Below are positions 16,061-16,176 of a DNA stretch of 16,176 bases, piece after piece. Each line of letters starts with the position of its first letter. Within the stretch, counting starts at the first letter, position 1. Below the pieces are notes generated by a model, which was not told where the DNA came from, made no database searches, and saw nothing but the letters and a program-made list of their open reading frames with translations. The position numbers and the translations under genes were made by a program. Origin of the DNA: an uncultured Erysipelotrichaceae bacterium (GTDB lineage: Bacteria > Bacillota_I > Bacilli_A > Erysipelotrichales > Erysipelotrichaceae); assembly GCA_964457525.1 (NCBI GenBank), contig CAYWGS010000024.1, positions 2,005 to 18,180 of the forward strand, given 5' to 3'.

Positions 16061-16069
16061 ATTATATCA
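16061..16069 (-). promoter_or_regulatory. extended -10 promoter element (TGATATAAT) for tRNA-Ser
   Basis: Minus strand TGATATAAT ends 11 nt upstream of the mature tRNA 5' end. Only a weak -35 candidate (TTGTGA at about 19-nt spacing). Confidence 0.5.
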
Positions 16070-16127
16070 AATAAGTAATCACTTTTCACAATAAAATGTT
16101 GCATCTTGAGTAAAGTTTACTTCAATT

Positions 16128-16165
16128 CATAATAAAACACATCGTCATAATATCGACGATGTGTT
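16128..16165 (-). terminator. rho-independent terminator of an off-window upstream minus-strand gene
   Basis: Perfect 11-bp inverted repeat aacacatcgtc (16136..16146) / gacgatgtgtt (16155..16165) with an 8-nt loop. On the minus strand it is followed by TTTTATTAT. Confidence 0.7.
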
Positions 16166-16176
16166 CTGTTATGGTT

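Noticed and set aside
1-16176. Alternative genetic code (Mollicutes-type TGA=Trp), CRISPR arrays, tandem repeats, and defence or toxin-antitoxin modules
   Set aside because: TGA terminates several well-bounded genes (the proC-like gene, azlC, subunit F and the 119-aa ORF) at positions consistent with family lengths. I found no repeat-spacer periodicity, and no small paired ORFs or nuclease/ATPase defence-like genes in any frame.

Overview
AT-rich, standard-code (TGA is used as a stop) bacterial chromosome segment that looks like a low-GC Firmicutes/Erysipelotrichia-type core genome; the taxon is inferred from composition and gene content only. Almost everything is on the minus strand. In minus-strand transcription order: the terminator of an off-window gene, a promoter plus tRNA-Ser(CGA), then a complete nine-gene V/A-type ATPase operon (G/H-like stalk, C, I, K, F, E, A, B, D). 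A 119-aa Tyr-rich basic ORF with a sigma-70 region-4-like C-terminus is coupled to it by a TAATG overlap. Next come ptsI (PTS Enzyme I, no adjacent ptsH), a plus-strand proC-like/azlC/azlD operon joined by ATGA overlaps, a DUF2721-like membrane protein and an EamA/DMT transporter. A 192-nt untranslated region holding a mini-ORF and an intrinsic terminator follows. The window ends with a 442-aa multi-pass membrane protein and the 5' part of an isochorismatase-family hydrolase gene that the ORF track missed because it runs off the edge. I found no CRISPR array, transposase, integrase, toxin-antitoxin pair or recognisable defence module, so this is mostly an ordinary housekeeping region. The items most worth a second look are the small HTH-like ORF appended to the V-ATPase operon, the possible translation-coupled attenuator ahead of the 442-aa membrane protein gene, the atypical K proteolipid, and the tightly coupled proC-like/azlCD operon. 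All functional calls come from reading the supplied translations for family motifs; no database search was run.
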